Assembly: GCF_009914755.1 (NCBI RefSeq)
Contig: NC_060932.1
DNA length: 64,000 nt
Direction: 5' to 3' (one strand)
Source: the human T2T-CHM13v2.0 reference genome, Homo sapiens
Position numbers and translations under genes: made by a program. The first letter of the stretch is position 1. Each line of letters begins with the position of its first letter. Of the stretch, positions 44,881 through 60,460 are shown in pieces. The notes beneath the pieces were generated by a model. The model was not told where the DNA came from. It saw nothing but the letters and a program-made list of their open reading frames with translations, and made no database searches.

Positions 44881-47430
44881 TGAGGGTGGAGGAAGAAGAG
44901 CCAGCGGAAGATTCTTCTGAGACATGGGAAGTAAATTTGCAAGATTGCTGTCTGGGAGCTGGACAGACAGGAAGGGAACAGAACTGGGATGTGGCAGGGA
45001 CAGGTTCCAGGCACTGGCAGGATGGGGGCCAGTGTGCAGTGGGCCAAGAGGGAATGGGAGCGAGAAGGTGGGGCGTCAGCAACATTCAGCTCCCTCCATA
45101 GCTCGATGAGAAGAGAGGGGTGGGGACAGGCGGTAGCTGGAGGGTCCTTCAGGATCATTTTATCCGTATCCCTTTCGTATCTTTTAGTGAGTTTTTGTTT
45201 TCCCTAACTGGATTGTTGGCATTTTAAGGGCACAGTTTGTATCTTCTACCTCTTTGTTTCCTCCAAAGTTGGCCGATCACCAGATCACTTAAAGGAGGTT
45301 GTTTGTTTTATAAGCGTTTTACCAGATCTTGGCTTAACACTTCCCCCAGAGTTAGTCATAATCATTCTAGCAGGGCTTCTAGATGCTGAACAATGACCGA
45401 TGGTGCCACTTGATTTATATGAAGATACTGGTTTAGTTTTAAAAGCAAACTTACATTGAACAAAGTGTAGGAAAGAGAAAGGAGAGGGCTACTCAAGTGC
45501 CTGAAGGTCTGAGCAGTGAAGAACATGTTTCCATATGCCTGCCACCCTTAGGCTAAGGACACGGTTTTCCTATCTGTTTATTGAATTGGGTCACTTGCTT
45601 TAGTTATAATATATGAAGGGATAAGACTGAATTTCACTTCTCAATTAACTAGCCCTCTTGCTCTCTTTTGATCACACGTTCTGGGGTCAGATTCCAGCTC
45701 TGCCAGTCAGTGGCTGCACTGGCCAAGGCCACGTGGTTGACCACCATCCAGAGTTCTGCCAAGAGCCTTACCTGCCAGAGGCACGGGAGGTGTGGCTGTT
45801 GCGCAGCTTCTGTGGCCCAGGCCCTCTGCCTGGCACATTTTAAGTAATGTGAGCGGGTTACTTAATCTTACTGTCTGTTCAGCTGAAAACTAGGGCCAAC
45901 CCTGGCTCAGAGCTCAGGGGGCCGTTGCGAGGATTAAATGAGAGAATCCATGGAAGATGTTTAGAGTCGTACCAGACACATAGGAAGTGCTGAATAAATC
46001 AGAATGGTTTTTACTATGACTCTCACCTTTCAATGTTTGTGACTTAAACTTATGTTACAGTTAGTCATTTCACTGGCGTGTGCTAACCAAAGGTGGCCTG
46101 GCCCCTCCGCATCCATTAGGAGGGCTTGAGTTTAAAATCCAGGCCCTGTGAGTCTGCAGGGAGGACCGACGGGAGAGCTGGGTACTCCTGGGACTTCAGT
46201 GTCCAGTGGATGCTGGGGTTCTCAGGTTGGTATATTGAGTCACATAGTTCCATGACTCCCTTGGAGGAAGAGGCTAAAGTTGTCTAGAGGCAGGTGTGAT
46301 GTTTGGTCTGTCCTGTGTGCACTGAGCACCTTCTGTATACCAGTCCCCCTGCTTGCTTCTTCCAGACAGAAGAAAACACAGATGGCAATTGGTCATATTT
46401 GAACAGTGCCTCTTATAGCTTACAAATACCATCTTATTGAACACTCATGAAAAATGCTGGGATGTATGTTATTTTTACTGTTTCAAAGATGAAAAAACTC
46501 AGGCACAGACATTCTAAATAGTTCCAGCTCTTAGGAAAATGCTTCTTTAGCATTGCGGGAGAAACAGTATATTTGTACAAGGCAAGTAGTTCACCCTGTA
46601 AGGCGGCACGTGCTTTGGAGGCACCTAAATACTACACAGTGTTTTATGCATGGGCGTTTTTCTTACAAAGGAACATAGCTTTATCTTCCTGGGGGTGTTT
46701 ATCAAACCACATCTATGTAGCAGATGCTCTTCAAGCATTTCCCATATTCCCTCGTTTACAACACCCTGGAACCCTGAGTTAATTATTAGTCCCATTTCAT
46801 GGCTGAGGAATCTGAAGCTCTGAGAATTTGAACTTCTTGTCTAAAGTCACATGGTGAGGAAGTGGTAGAACTGACCTGGACCCCAGGTATCTGGCTCTGG
46901 TCTTTCCAATAGTGCCTCTTCAGTGGGTATCCCTTAAATTCTCAGGGGCAGGTGCTTTCTCCTCCTTTTATGCCCTTTTTTTCAGAGCAAAACCACGTTA
47001 TCCTAACTGCCAAGCACAACCCACAAAGGCTCTTATCTCTCCTTCAAAAAAAGCCATTCCCTGCCTGGTTGATGAGGTCACCTGGCATTTTGCAGGGCAT
47101 TTTGCAGGGTAGATGCCAGCTCGGGAAAGCCACATAGATAAGCCAGTGGATGGCTTGTGTTACTGCCTCCCTGATGGTTTGCTTTTAATTCAAGTCGATT
47201 CATTTATCTGAGATGAAAAAGGGAGAGGCTGATTCACACACATTGAAAAGCAGGGAATGGTGCTGGAGAATGAGGCCGTGACTATTTGGAATAAGATCCT
47301 GGAGATGGGCAGTGCTGATAGAGTAAATATCCAGGGAGCAGGGGAAGGTGTGTGCACTGACAACAGGAGTTTTAGCATCTGCCCCTCCTTGCTTCAAGGG
47401 GCTGGCGGGTACCCGAGGCGGGGTCGGAGG

Positions 47431-47693
47431 GCTGAGTGATGGCTCCCATCCTCCCTCTTCCCTCCTGCTCCACGGGTGTAACCTTGAGGTGGGATTGGAG
47501 GGCTTGGTGACCTCTCTCCTCCCTCATGCTCCATGGGTATAACCCCAAGGTGGGATCACAGGCTGAGTGAAGGCTCCTCATCCTCCCTCCTCCCTCCTAT
47601 TCCACGTGTGTAATCCCAAGATGGGATCAGAGGGCAGGGTGGAGGGTTACACATCCTCTCCCCTCCCTCCTGCTCCACGTGCGTAACCCCCAG
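47431..47693. repeat. Diverged minisatellite, ~60-70 bp unit x4
   Basis: Recurring core CCCTCCTGCTCCACG(G/T)GTGTAACCCCAAGGTGGGAT. Confidence 0.82.
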
Positions 47694-48007
47694 CTGACTT
47701 ACAGACTGTGGTACCTGCTCAACTGCTTCAATTCCAGAACTGGAACTGCAGGGAAGCTGTTTCTGACATCCCTGGTTTTAATTACAAAGGGCCCCTTGAG
47801 ATCTTGTCAGAAATACTGCCAGCCTAGCCCTTTAAAAACTCATGATATTGGGTTCTCTATCAGTGTCGCTCCCTGGCTGTAATATTGTACTATAATTAGG
47901 CAAGATGTTTCCTTTGGGGGAAATGGGGTGAAGGGTATGAAGGTTCTCTCTGTGTCATTTCTTAAAACTCCATGTGAGTCTATAGTGAGTTTTAAAAAGA
48001 AAAAGTT

Positions 48008-48245
48008 CCAGCCTGGGCAGCATAGCGAGACCTATTGTCTCTACACATAATAATAATAATAAAATTAGACAGTGTGGTGGCGCACGCCTGTGGTCCTAGC
48101 TATTTGGGAGGATGAGGTGGGAGGATTGCTTGAGCCCAGGAGATCAGGACTGCAGTGAGCTGTGATTGCACTACTGCACTCCAGCCTGGGTGCCAGAGCG
48201 AGACGCCTTCTCAACAAAAGAAAAAGGATAAAAGAAAAAAAAATT
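48008..48245 (+). mobile_element. 5'-truncated AluJ
   Basis: End of the left arm, right arm and A tail. Confidence 0.85.
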
Positions 48246-48389
48246 AAAAGTAGGGTCATTTAAATATGGCAAACTCCAAACGGGTCTTCTCTTTGAAGTT
48301 TTAGGGAGCAGCTTATTTACTTTGTGTCTCACACTTTGCTAATATCCAAAATGCAGAACATTAGGGAACCGCTTGAGGCAGGAGGGGAA

Positions 48390-48750
48390 GGAAGCACTGA
48401 TTCTCGCTGCAGCATGGATGAACCTTGACGACATGATGCCAAGTGAAAGCAGACAGACGCACAAGACTACATCTTTTATGATTCCATTGATAGGAAATGT
48501 CCTGAATAAACAAATCTATGGAGACGGGAAGTAGATTGATGGTGGCCAGGGTTTGGGAGTAGCAGGGGTAGGAGGGAATGGGGAGTGACTGTAAGTGGGT
48601 ACCAGGTTTCTTTTTTGAGTCATGTTCTAAAATTAGATTATTGCAATGGTTGTAAAGCTCTGTGAGTGAACTAAAAGCCACCGGGTTATACCCTTTAAAT
48701 GAGTGATTGCATAGCATGTGAATTATACCTCAATAAAACTGTTAAAAAAA
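48390..48750 (+). mobile_element. L1M 3' end
   Basis: CATGGATGAACCTTG...TATGATTCCA...GAATTATACCTCAATAAAACTGTTAAAAAA. Confidence 0.8.
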
Positions 48751-49033
48751 ACAGTAGGGTCCTTTGATAGTTTTAATAGAAGTCATAATAAGAGGAATAG
48801 TCCTTTTTCAGAGACTGCTTGTAACTTGCAAATTCAGGCCACTGTCCTGGGGCATGTTCCTGGCTCTCATAAACCAGATTCACAGGCCCACCACGCAGAC
48901 CATGAGGGTGTTTCCAGTCACTCATCTTGAGGGAAGGAACACCCAGTGTGTGCCAGGCATTTTGCCAGGTGCTTTTACCTACGCTTTATTATGTAAACTT
49001 TTTGCAGCCCTGCATGGTATGTGGTTTTACGCC

Positions 49034-49336
49034 TTTTTTTTTTTTTCTTAATAGACAGTCTTTATCTGTTGCCCAAGCTGAAGTGCAGTGGTGCAGTCAT
49101 AGCTCACTGCATCCCCAAACTCCTGGGCTCAAGTGATCTTCCCCACTTAGCCTCCCGAGTAGCTGCGACTACAGGCACATAACACCATGCCCGGGTAATG
49201 TTTTTTTTTTTTTTTTTGTAGAGTTGGGGTCTCACTATGTTACCCAGGCTGGTCTTGAACTCCTGGCCTGAAGCAATCTGCCCACCTCAGCCTCCCAAAG
49301 TGCTGAGATTACAGGTGTGAGTCACTGAACCCAGCT
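49034..49336 (-). mobile_element. AluJ
   Basis: Antisense dimer. Confidence 0.9.
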
Positions 49337-49375
49337 CATGCCTATCTTTTTATAGATGAGTAAATGGAGGTTCCT

Positions 49376-49992
<617 letters not shown>

Positions 49993-50319
49993 TCAGTGGA
50001 AAGAAAACTGTGGGAAAACATTTGGAGGCATTTCATGGACACGTTTCTGAGTGTTATGAGCTCTTGAAGGAAGCATGTTTATTTCCCCAAAGTGCTCAGC
50101 TGTGTCCGGGTCCTGAGTTTTTCAAGGGTTTATAACCCCCGGAGCTGAATTTGGATATGCAAGGAAGCCATGGGATTGCAGCCAGGGAACATGCTATTTT
50201 TTGTAAGTGATGATGCTGTTGTGTAGTAAACAGGCCCCTCGTGGTAAATGGAGAGCAGTGAATGGAGGTGGAGGGAGAAGTTTTGGGAAAAGATTTGCAC
50301 TCAGTTAATGATGCTCAAG

Positions 50320-50635
50320 GTAGTTCAAGGCAGACTCAGTAGCTCCCGGGTTGCTTAGTAGAAATGCAGATTACTGGGTCCCAGTCTGGACCTGCAGCGT
50401 CAGAAACTCTGGGGTAAGGTCTGGGAACCTGTGTTTTATTTTTATGTTATTTTTTTGAGACAGGGTCTTGCTGTGTTGCCCAGGCTGGTCTTGAACTCCT
50501 GGGCTCTAGTGTTCCTCTTGCTTCAGCCTTCCAAAGTGCTGGGATTATAGGCATGCGCCACTGCACCTGGCCAGAACCTGTGTTTTAAGGAACACTGGAG
50601 ATCATTACTGTGCACCCTGAAGTCTGAGGAGTCTA
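50320..50635. mobile_element. MER5-like element interrupted by an antisense Alu monomer (50433-50572)
   Basis: TAGAAATGCAGATT...CAGAAACTCTGGGG signature; TSD GAACCTGTGTTTTA around the Alu monomer. Confidence 0.72.
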
Positions 50636-50967
50636 GCACCAGATGATCTGACGACACATCATTGGGATGTGGAGTCATGGTTCCAGTCACCAGCCTGAAG
50701 TTGTCCTTGTCTGTCACCCTCCCCACTTTGTCTAAGGGTGAGTGGAACAGACAGAAAGTAGACTAGTGGTTGCCAGGGGCTGGGAGTAGCAGGCTAGGAG
50801 GGAATGGGGAGTGACTGCAGGTGGGTACAGCCTTTCTTTTTTGGTGATGTTCTAAATCTAGATTGTGGTGATGGTTGTAAGGCTTTAGATGGCTTGCTTG
50901 AGCCTTGCAATGGGAATGAGTGCCTTGGCCTAAGGAGAAGGGAAGAAAATCTTGTGGAGGAAATGAG

Positions 50968-51215
50968 CTTTTATTTTTTTCCTTTTTTTTTGAGGCAGTC
51001 TCTTGCTCTGTCACCCAAGCTGGAGTGCAGTGGTGCAATCTCAGCTCACTGCAACCTCCGCCTCCTGGGTTCAAGTGATTCTCCTGCCTCAGCCTCCTGA
51101 GTAGCTGGGATTACAGGCACCTGCCACCACACCCAGTTAATTTTGTATTTTTAGTAGAGACGAGGTTTCATCATGTTGCCCAGGCTGGTCTCGAACTCCT
51201 GGCCTCAAGTGATCT
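50968..51215 (-). mobile_element. 5'-truncated AluS
   Basis: Antisense Alu lacking its first ~60 nt. Confidence 0.85.
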
Positions 51216-52782
51216 TTTGCCACCAGATATTAAAATGTATCAAAAAGCTGCTCTATTTAGTACTGATTGAGATGAATGGAGCAAAATAGCCCAGGAACAG
51301 AACCTGGTATTGTCTCTCTGTAAAGTATGAGTGAATTTAAAACATTATTAGATATGTTATCTAGTAATAATAATGATAAAGTATTTTTTAAAGTCATCAT
51401 GAATCAATAGAAGGAAAGGATTATTCAGTAACTATGAGCATGTGGGTCTTAGTGTCACCAGTACTTATCCTTCTTCTTAGGAGGGATTTGTTTTTTTAAT
51501 CTTAAAGGAAATAGATATGTTAAACCTATCAGGCTTCCTTATTTACATTGGCTAGAGAGCCTAACTCTAAATTTAGCCAATGTATAAGACTAAATGTCAA
51601 GTATTTATCTATACAAACACACACATATGTACACACTTGCATCCACATCTACATACACATATTTTACATACACATATACACATATAAATACACACGTACA
51701 TACATACACATACATACATGCCTCTTTCCTGATTTTATTTTACCATTATTTTTCTTCCGCTTTATCTTGCATTACTCTTTCTGGTTTATCACATTTTCTT
51801 GTATTTTATGTATCTCTATAAACCACTTTAAAACTTTTTGGGGGAAGAAAGTGGACTATAGATAAAGAAATAGAATAAGGTATAATATATAGAAAAAAGG
51901 CAGTAAAAATACACCCAAATTTGAATAGGTTGATTTTGGGGTGGTGGTGGTAATGGGATTATTAACTTTCCCTAAAATTTTCTGTATTTTTGAAATTTTC
52001 TACTCAAAGAATCATATCATCAGAAAAAAATTATTATTTCTGCTCATTCCCTTTGCTGGCCAGTGAAAGGAATGCATTTCCATAAGTGAGGGTCTGGCAG
52101 AGCAGTGTTGAGGGGAGGGGTCTTTGCCGCAGCAAAAGCTGGTCCGGTTCCCAGGAGAGCCCCTCCTTTGCTGCTTGACCTGATTGCAAGTGGAATGTGA
52201 GAGCCAGAAGGAAATATTCCATCACTTATTTAGAGCATTCATTTGGCTCTTCCCTGATCTAGGCGTTCAGTACCTGCTCAGAGGGAGTTTACATTCTAGT
52301 CAGGGGTCAGAGAGTAAATGAGTGAAATGGATTCAGAAACGATGCCACCCTGGGATGGTGACATATAGCCCCAGTGAGAAGGATGAGGAGATGCCCAAGT
52401 CAAGAGCGAGGGGAATGGGTTTCCAGAGAGAGAGAGGGCTGCTTGTGCACAGGCTTGGAGTTGCCCAGGGGTTGGGCAGGTCAAAGTGAAGAATGGCCGG
52501 GGTGGCCATTGTGGGTGAGCAGGTCAGGGATAAAGAGTACCTTGGAGAGATCAACTAGGACCGGATCTGACTGGCCAAGAGAAAGAGTTTGAATTGGACT
52601 CTAAGGATGGTAGACAGCTACTAAAGGATTTAATAAGGGGAATGGCAGTGTTTGATGAAAGGTTTAAGATCCTTCTAGCTGCTTCTGAAGGGTGATTTGT
52701 AGAAGGACAAGAGATGAAGCCAGGGGAGTGGGTAGGGAGATTCTGCCCAAACTGATTGCTACACAGTGATATTTTTATGCTT

Positions 52783-52879
52783 TTCTTTTTTTTCTTTCTT
52801 TCTTTCTTTCCTTCCTTCCTTCCTTCCTTCCTTCCTTCCTTCCTTCCTTCCTTCCTTCCTTCCTTCCTTCCCTCCCTCC

Positions 52880-52914
<35 letters not shown>

Positions 52915-52920
52915 ATTTTT
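52783..52920. repeat. Compound (TTTC)n(TTCC)n(TC)n polypyrimidine microsatellite
   Basis: Directly visible. Confidence 0.95.
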
Positions 52921-53115
52921 GTTTTGGGTGTTGATGAGGGGACATACAACTTAAGAAGAAAAATTGGAATTATTTTGTCAACTTTTCTACATCAGCATTT
53001 TACTGATGGAATAAGCTTGCATTTGAACTGGACATCATTTTTGTTTTTATTAGATAACATTATCTGTATTACAGATACCAGATATGTGTGTACCCATTTA
53101 TTTACTAATCACTAA

Positions 53116-53657
<542 letters not shown>

Positions 53658-54735
53658 TAGGAAGAATAATTCATTGCTTTAAGTGTTCAGTCCTGGTTTT
53701 TATTTCTATTGTTGCACAAGTTTGATTTGACCTTGGACAAATCATTTCAGTTTGTATTTTAGTGCTTGTGTGCAGAAGATGGGTAGTAATAGTCCTGGTA
53801 ATCCTCCTGCCATCATGTTAACTGGGTGAGAGCTCTTCAAGACCTAGGAGAGATAATAGCAGGTGCAAAGTCCCTGTGGTGGGAGGCAGCAGGTAGATAT
53901 TTTAGGAGCTGAAAAACGGTCTGTGTAGCTGGAGAGCAGGGTACAAGGGAGAGGTGGTCCAGGGTCATGTTATAGAGGTAGGCCAGGGCCACACTGGTTG
54001 GGGTTTTGCAAACCTTACTGGGGACTTGAATCTTTATCTGAAGAGCAGGGGGAAGTCATTGGAGGATTTAAATCAGGGAATGACATAAGATTGATGGATA
54101 TGCTATCTCCTTTAATCCTCATAACAAATGTATGTGCTAGGTAATATCCCCGTTTTAAAGCAGCACAGAAATTAGGGCAGTGGAGATTAAGGAGTTTACC
54201 CCAGGACACCATGCAGGTGAATGATGGAGCCAGGAAACCAACTCGGGTCAGCTTGCATCCAAAGTCCTCAGTCTTCCAGATCAGCGTACCTCCATAGTAA
54301 TATAACAATGACTGCAGTTTTAAAACACTTTGAACTCTTAAGATGAAAGATTTCCCTTAAATTACAAAGTGGTATTATGCTGCAGAAATGTGAGCGGTAA
54401 TGAGAGAGCAGGTAATGCCCGGGAACTTTTGAAAGGCCCGGTCCGTGTGGCTCTGCTCCAGCACCTTCAAGTTCCCTGCCGTCTGGCGGGGGGCGTCTCA
54501 TAAGCTGCTTTCAACACAAAGAAGGGTTTGGCTGCTCCCCGGCCATTTGACACTGCCATTGTCCATAAGGACTCGTTGTCCGTGAAATGCACCCAAAGCT
54601 TGAGCTTTCAGGGGTTTTGGGAAATCAGATCTGGGCAGTGCATGTGTGGTTTCGCTGGAGACATCATCCAATGCCAAGTTTCTGCTTTCTGCTTTCTCCC
54701 TCTTGGATAATCAGCTGGGTTACATGGATTCTTAG

Positions 54736-55044
<309 letters not shown>

Positions 55045-56130
55045 TGAGTCAATGCCCTCTGCAGATGTTTCCGCTTCAGTCCATCAACTGGCACAGCCCT
55101 GGGAAGAAAGTGATAATGCTTCCAGATCCCATTTGTGCCTCATGCCCATGCCTGCCCCTGGGAAGGAGAGAGGGCTTTGGGCCGCAGCTTATGCTGTTTG
55201 GAGGTGGCCTTACCCAGTGCAGTAACATGAGCCTTCATTGATGATAAGAGAAGATGAGGCTTACTGCTGGGACCTGTTCTTAGGTGACAGCTGCTCACAG
55301 CTTATTGGTTTGTGAGCACCGTGCTCTCTAGCCAGGGTGGGGAGTTGAGGCTGCTGAGAGAGAGATTTACCCTCAAAAGATAACAAATACATATCTCAGT
55401 GAGGATTTGACAGTCTCAGGAGAGTGTTGGGCAGCCCCTTCCTACAAACCTGGATGGATCTAGGATAGATTTGAGGGCTATGAGACACTTCAAAACTGAG
55501 TGACAACCTGAGAGGGCTTTTCCTTTCCCTAGAATTATTTTGGAGAACAAATTTCCAGGGATTGGGAAGATTCACAGAGAGGCAGGAGGAATCTTTACCA
55601 CCTCAAGGTGCCTCTGGGACTCTTGTCAACAAGAACCTCGGGGGTTTGCGGGGAAGAGCCAGGCCACATCATCTTCCTGGGTCTCGCTGGGCTTGGCTAG
55701 AGACCAGATTAACTTCACTGGATCTTAGTGTTCAGGGAAACACCTATTGCTTTAGGGTTCTGGGGACTTCCAGGCTTAGAAACACCATGTGCTGTGAGTG
55801 ACATGGCAAGAGGGAAATCTCTAGGTACTAGAATGATAGAAAATGCCCCGGAATGAAAAGCAAGAGTCTTGGGTTTATTTCTCTGATCTTCCACAGACTA
55901 ACTGTGTGACCCTGGGTAATTTGCTGAAATTTTATGGGTCTCAGTTTTTTAAACATTTCTCATATATGAGGGTCTTGGACTAGATGTCCTCTAAGATTCT
56001 TTCCAGCACAAAGCTTCCACATAAAAGAAAATAGGTAAACTTTGACTTTTCTCACTTTTGATCATGCGGAGACTCCAAGTGGTTTAACTGTGGATACTTA
56101 GACTGAATCTGCTCCAAACCAGGCAGGAGG

Positions 56131-56158
56131 GTTACCATGGTAACTGTTGCCTGGCAAC
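56131..56158. promoter_or_regulatory. Tandem RFX X-box motifs
   Basis: GTTACCATGGTAAC (56131-56144) and GTTGCCTGGCAAC (56146-56158). Confidence 0.7.
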
Positions 56159-56529
56159 GGGAGAAGGGCCAGGATGTCCAGAGGCATTTAACTCAGGCAG
56201 CTCCCAGCACCCCCCAGGTGGCTTGAATTAAGCTCCAAGGCTGCGAGGTTGTCAGGACAATTGTTTAAAATTGTGATGAATGTTGGGCAGGGATGTTTGG
56301 TCTGGTGCCTAGGGAGGCAAGAACTCCAAGACGCCAGGATGAGAATTGCGACATCTGCTTGTTGAACTAATGGACCTTTTCTTACTTAAAAAATCATTTT
56401 CTTAAAAATCAGCATGGAAGGCAGTCTGTCTGCCAAAGAAAAGACATTTATCACAGTTCTTCATAGGCAGAAACTTCTAATTCATTTTCTTGTTACAGTC
56501 GCAACAGACTTGTTTGGTAGAGGCAGCTT

Positions 56530-57045
56530 AAAAAATTAACTGTGGTAAAATAAATATAACATTCAAGTTACCATCTTAACCATTTTTAAGTGTGTGTGCA
56601 GTTCATTGTTTTAAAATACACTCATAATGTTGTTGCAACCATCACCACCCTCCATCCACAGGTCTCTTTATCTTGCAAAACTAAAACACTACACTCACTC
56701 ATTAAACACTAACTCTCCACTGTCCTTCACCCCAGTCCCTGGCAACTGCTGTTGTACTTTCTGTCTGTGAAATTGACTTCTAGGGACCTCATACAAGTGG
56801 AATCATATAGTATTTGTCCTTTTGCAACTGGCTTATTTCATTTACCATGATGTCCTTAAGGTTTCTCCATGTTGTAGCATGTGTCAGGGTGTCTTTCCTT
56901 TTTAAAGGCTGAATAATATTCCATTGTATGGATAGACCACATTTGGTTTATTCATTTATCAGTTAATGGAGGCTTGATTTTTGCTTCCACCTTTTGGCTA
57001 TTGTGAATAATTCTGCTATGAACATGGATGTGCAAACACTGGCAA
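56530..57045 (-). mobile_element. L1M 3' fragment
   Basis: GTGGAATCATATAGTATTTGTCCTTTTG...GGCTGAATAATATTCCATTG L1 signature. Confidence 0.82.
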
Positions 57046-57097
57046 CTTTTAATTTTGATATACTTGTAAACTTACAGGAAGATTATAAGAATACTAA

Positions 57098-57496
<399 letters not shown>

Positions 57497-57885
57497 TAGC
57501 TTCCTGGGAAGTGGCTGGTGGATGCAGTTACTGATGTAACTGAGCCTTGGAAGAGAGTATGAACGCAGTGCCCTGGCCCCCAGCACTGCCACTCCGCCGC
57601 CCTGGATCTGAGGCTCTGCCCCGCACGGCGTGTGTGGGAGCGGCACTCAGAACCTCCTTAGCAAACCTGGTGCAGAGCCAGGTGTCACCCAAGAGCTTCT
57701 CACTCCCGGTCCACGTCCTGCTAAGTTGTACTGCCTCTGTTAATTTCTGAGGGGTCTTTCTCCATCAAATGTGGCCAGTAACATTGCCCTCATCATATCA
57801 AAAAAAGTCAGGCTAATAGAATCGCCTAGGTGTCCTGTTTCTCATCCCAGAAATGCCTCTGGTGGGGAGATGATTGTCTTTGTGA

Positions 57886-58095
<210 letters not shown>

Positions 58096-58593
58096 TAGCT
58101 TAACACCAAGGTGGAAAAGCAGAGGGACCTGGTGTTCCCTTGCTGGAGCTCTGCTCAGTCTCACCCATGGCATGAATGCCAGTGACACACGTGCCTCTCC
58201 GTGTGTGCCACAGAACATCTAAGTCAGTTACTATTGCAGAGAGAGGCCATTTCTCTCGGTGCTGTAACACAGCTGCCTTGGGTGGGGTACGGGAACCCTC
58301 ACGTCACACACAGGCATTTTACACTGTGGCTGAGGGTTGCAAATGCACCAGTCGTCAGCATCCCAGGGAACAGCTGAATGGGTTTTGGGAGGCTGTAATT
58401 GATCCATCCTGCTCAGGCGGGACTGGGAACAGGGCAGTGAACCCTTCTCTTCATGAGGTCTTGGGATGAGGGCAGAACGATCGGCAGTGGTAATTTTCCA
58501 TCTTGCCCGGATAACTGCATGCCTGGGCCTCTGCCATCAGAGCTGTGCAAAATCCACTCTCCCTCACAGCCTGACTTTCTCTAAACATTGCAG

Positions 58594-58662
58594 GAGCAGC
58601 AGAGGATCCTGGATCTGGGCATCACGGGCCCCGAGGGACATGTGCTGAGCCGACCTGAGGAG
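58594..58662 (+). CDS. DPYSL2: DPYSL2 coding exon 7 ([23 protein letters not shown]); gene continues beyond window
   Basis: Acceptor ttgcag|GAG and donor GAG|gtgaat; 69 nt. Cumulative CDS is 690 nt = 230 aa. Confidence 0.96.
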
Positions 58663-59877
58663 GTGAATGTTCACCAAGCGGAATGCGTGAATCAGTGTCC
58701 CTTGGGCACTGTGCAGAGCCTCAGGGAACCTGCTTCCTGCCTGTTGAGAAGGGGGCTTCTCTGATGCTGACTGTGGTCTTTCTGAGAAGCTGTGGGTCAC
58801 GTGTGTGTCTGTCTGTCTACGCAGGCAAAGTGAAGTGTTAGATTGCTCCTGAGGGTAAGGTGGTGTGGACTGTTTCGCCAGAAGATTCTTCTTTCTGTCT
58901 GTAATTCTTCAAGCCCTTGCTTGTATAGACACAAACAGTTCTTCATTGGCATCCTGCAATGTAGATTTTAGTGGTTCACAACTTATGGTCTCCAATATCT
59001 TACCAAAATTCACCAAAACGTAGTTGGAAGGATGGAAAAGCTCTTCTAAATGCCTAGAAGGCGTGTGGGGAATTGTTTTTCCAAGGTAACCCTGCACAGG
59101 ATATCACATGATATGCAGAGTTTGGTAGACAGAATCTTTTAAAATTATGGAGGGAAGATTCAGAGCAGGGGCCTGTGCTGGCTCAAAGGTGGAGACTCAC
59201 CGTCTTGGTGAGGTGTGTGAGTTCGAAGGGAGGGTGCACACGTCTTAGGTAATGGAGAACCTGTGTTCATCAGTTAGAATTTGTGGCTGTGAAATACTTT
59301 TCAGAAGTTGGTTCCTTAATGACAGGCTGGATGTCAGGCTCTAGGGGCCCTGACTAGGGAGCAGCCTGCAGCTTCGAGTGAAGCGTGCAATCAGGGAATC
59401 TCCAGGGAACCACCAGGATTTCCCCTTCATGGGAGGAAGTGGCAGAAAAGGGACTGGCGCTGAGCAGTGGGGGAAGATCACCAAGGGCCTGAGTGGAGGC
59501 TGACAGTGAGGAGGCTCCAGAAGCCTGGGAGGGAGGAGCTTGGCAAGAGCTCCCTGCAGGGCTGTGGCCACTGAGTCACTGAGTGTCAGCACCGTGCCAC
59601 CACCCTGAGTTTGGGATGTGGTCATGTTCATACCAGTGTGGGAGGGGAGCCGGTCCCTGTGATAAGGAAGTGGATTCAGGAGGGCTTGGAAGCAAAGGCA
59701 CCATCTGTGTACTGCCTCGGGTGCAGGAGGGGGTGGTTGGGATCCTTTCAGACTTGAGGGGAAGGGATGAGGCTGGAAGAGGAGAAAGGAGTCAAGACAG
59801 GCAGAAAGACGAGAGTGGGAGCCACTCGGAATGCTTTGCACACAGTCAGGGTCCACGCTTTGTTCTATCCTTCTTGC

Positions 59878-60135
59878 TGCATGCATATGCACACATAGAC
59901 ACACATGTACACACAGACATAGGCACACGCAGACAGGTAGGCACACAGCAGACATAGACACACATGCATACACATAGTAACACACACAGACACATAGACA
60001 CACAGACAACTAGACACAGCCATAGACACCTACACACACACACATACACATAGACACACAGACACATACAGACACAGACACAGACATACACAGACACATA
60101 CACATGCAGAGGCAGATACACAGAACTGCATGCTC
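59878..60135. repeat. Degenerate (CA)n-rich tract
   Basis: ACAC/AGAC/ATAC units. Confidence 0.88.
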
Positions 60136-60460
60136 CAAGACACTTTCAGTAGCATTTGAGGCCCTGAGGACATTTTCCTCTCCCCAGATGACAGAATGGA
60201 AGCCGTGACATTTTCAGGATTGCACGTTCCTGCTTCAGGCCAGGGATGCAGGCCCTTTTGTAGCTATCAACCTTCTCATGCGTGCTAAAGGCTGAAAGGG
60301 TGGCCTGGCACAGGCCCGAGGATGAGGGAGGCAGGCAAGCCCCTGTGTCAGCTGAGGGAAGCCCCATGCTGAGACCGTGGCTGGTGGACAGTGATTGCAG
60401 GGGACAGCTTGCAGGCGAGAGCAGGCTAAGATCAGCCGACCATAAACATGCCTGAGGCTG

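Noticed and set aside
47431-47693. Repeat-spacer (CRISPR-like) architecture
   Set aside because: The linkers resemble each other and the cores are degenerate, so it is an ordinary diverged minisatellite in a primate intron.
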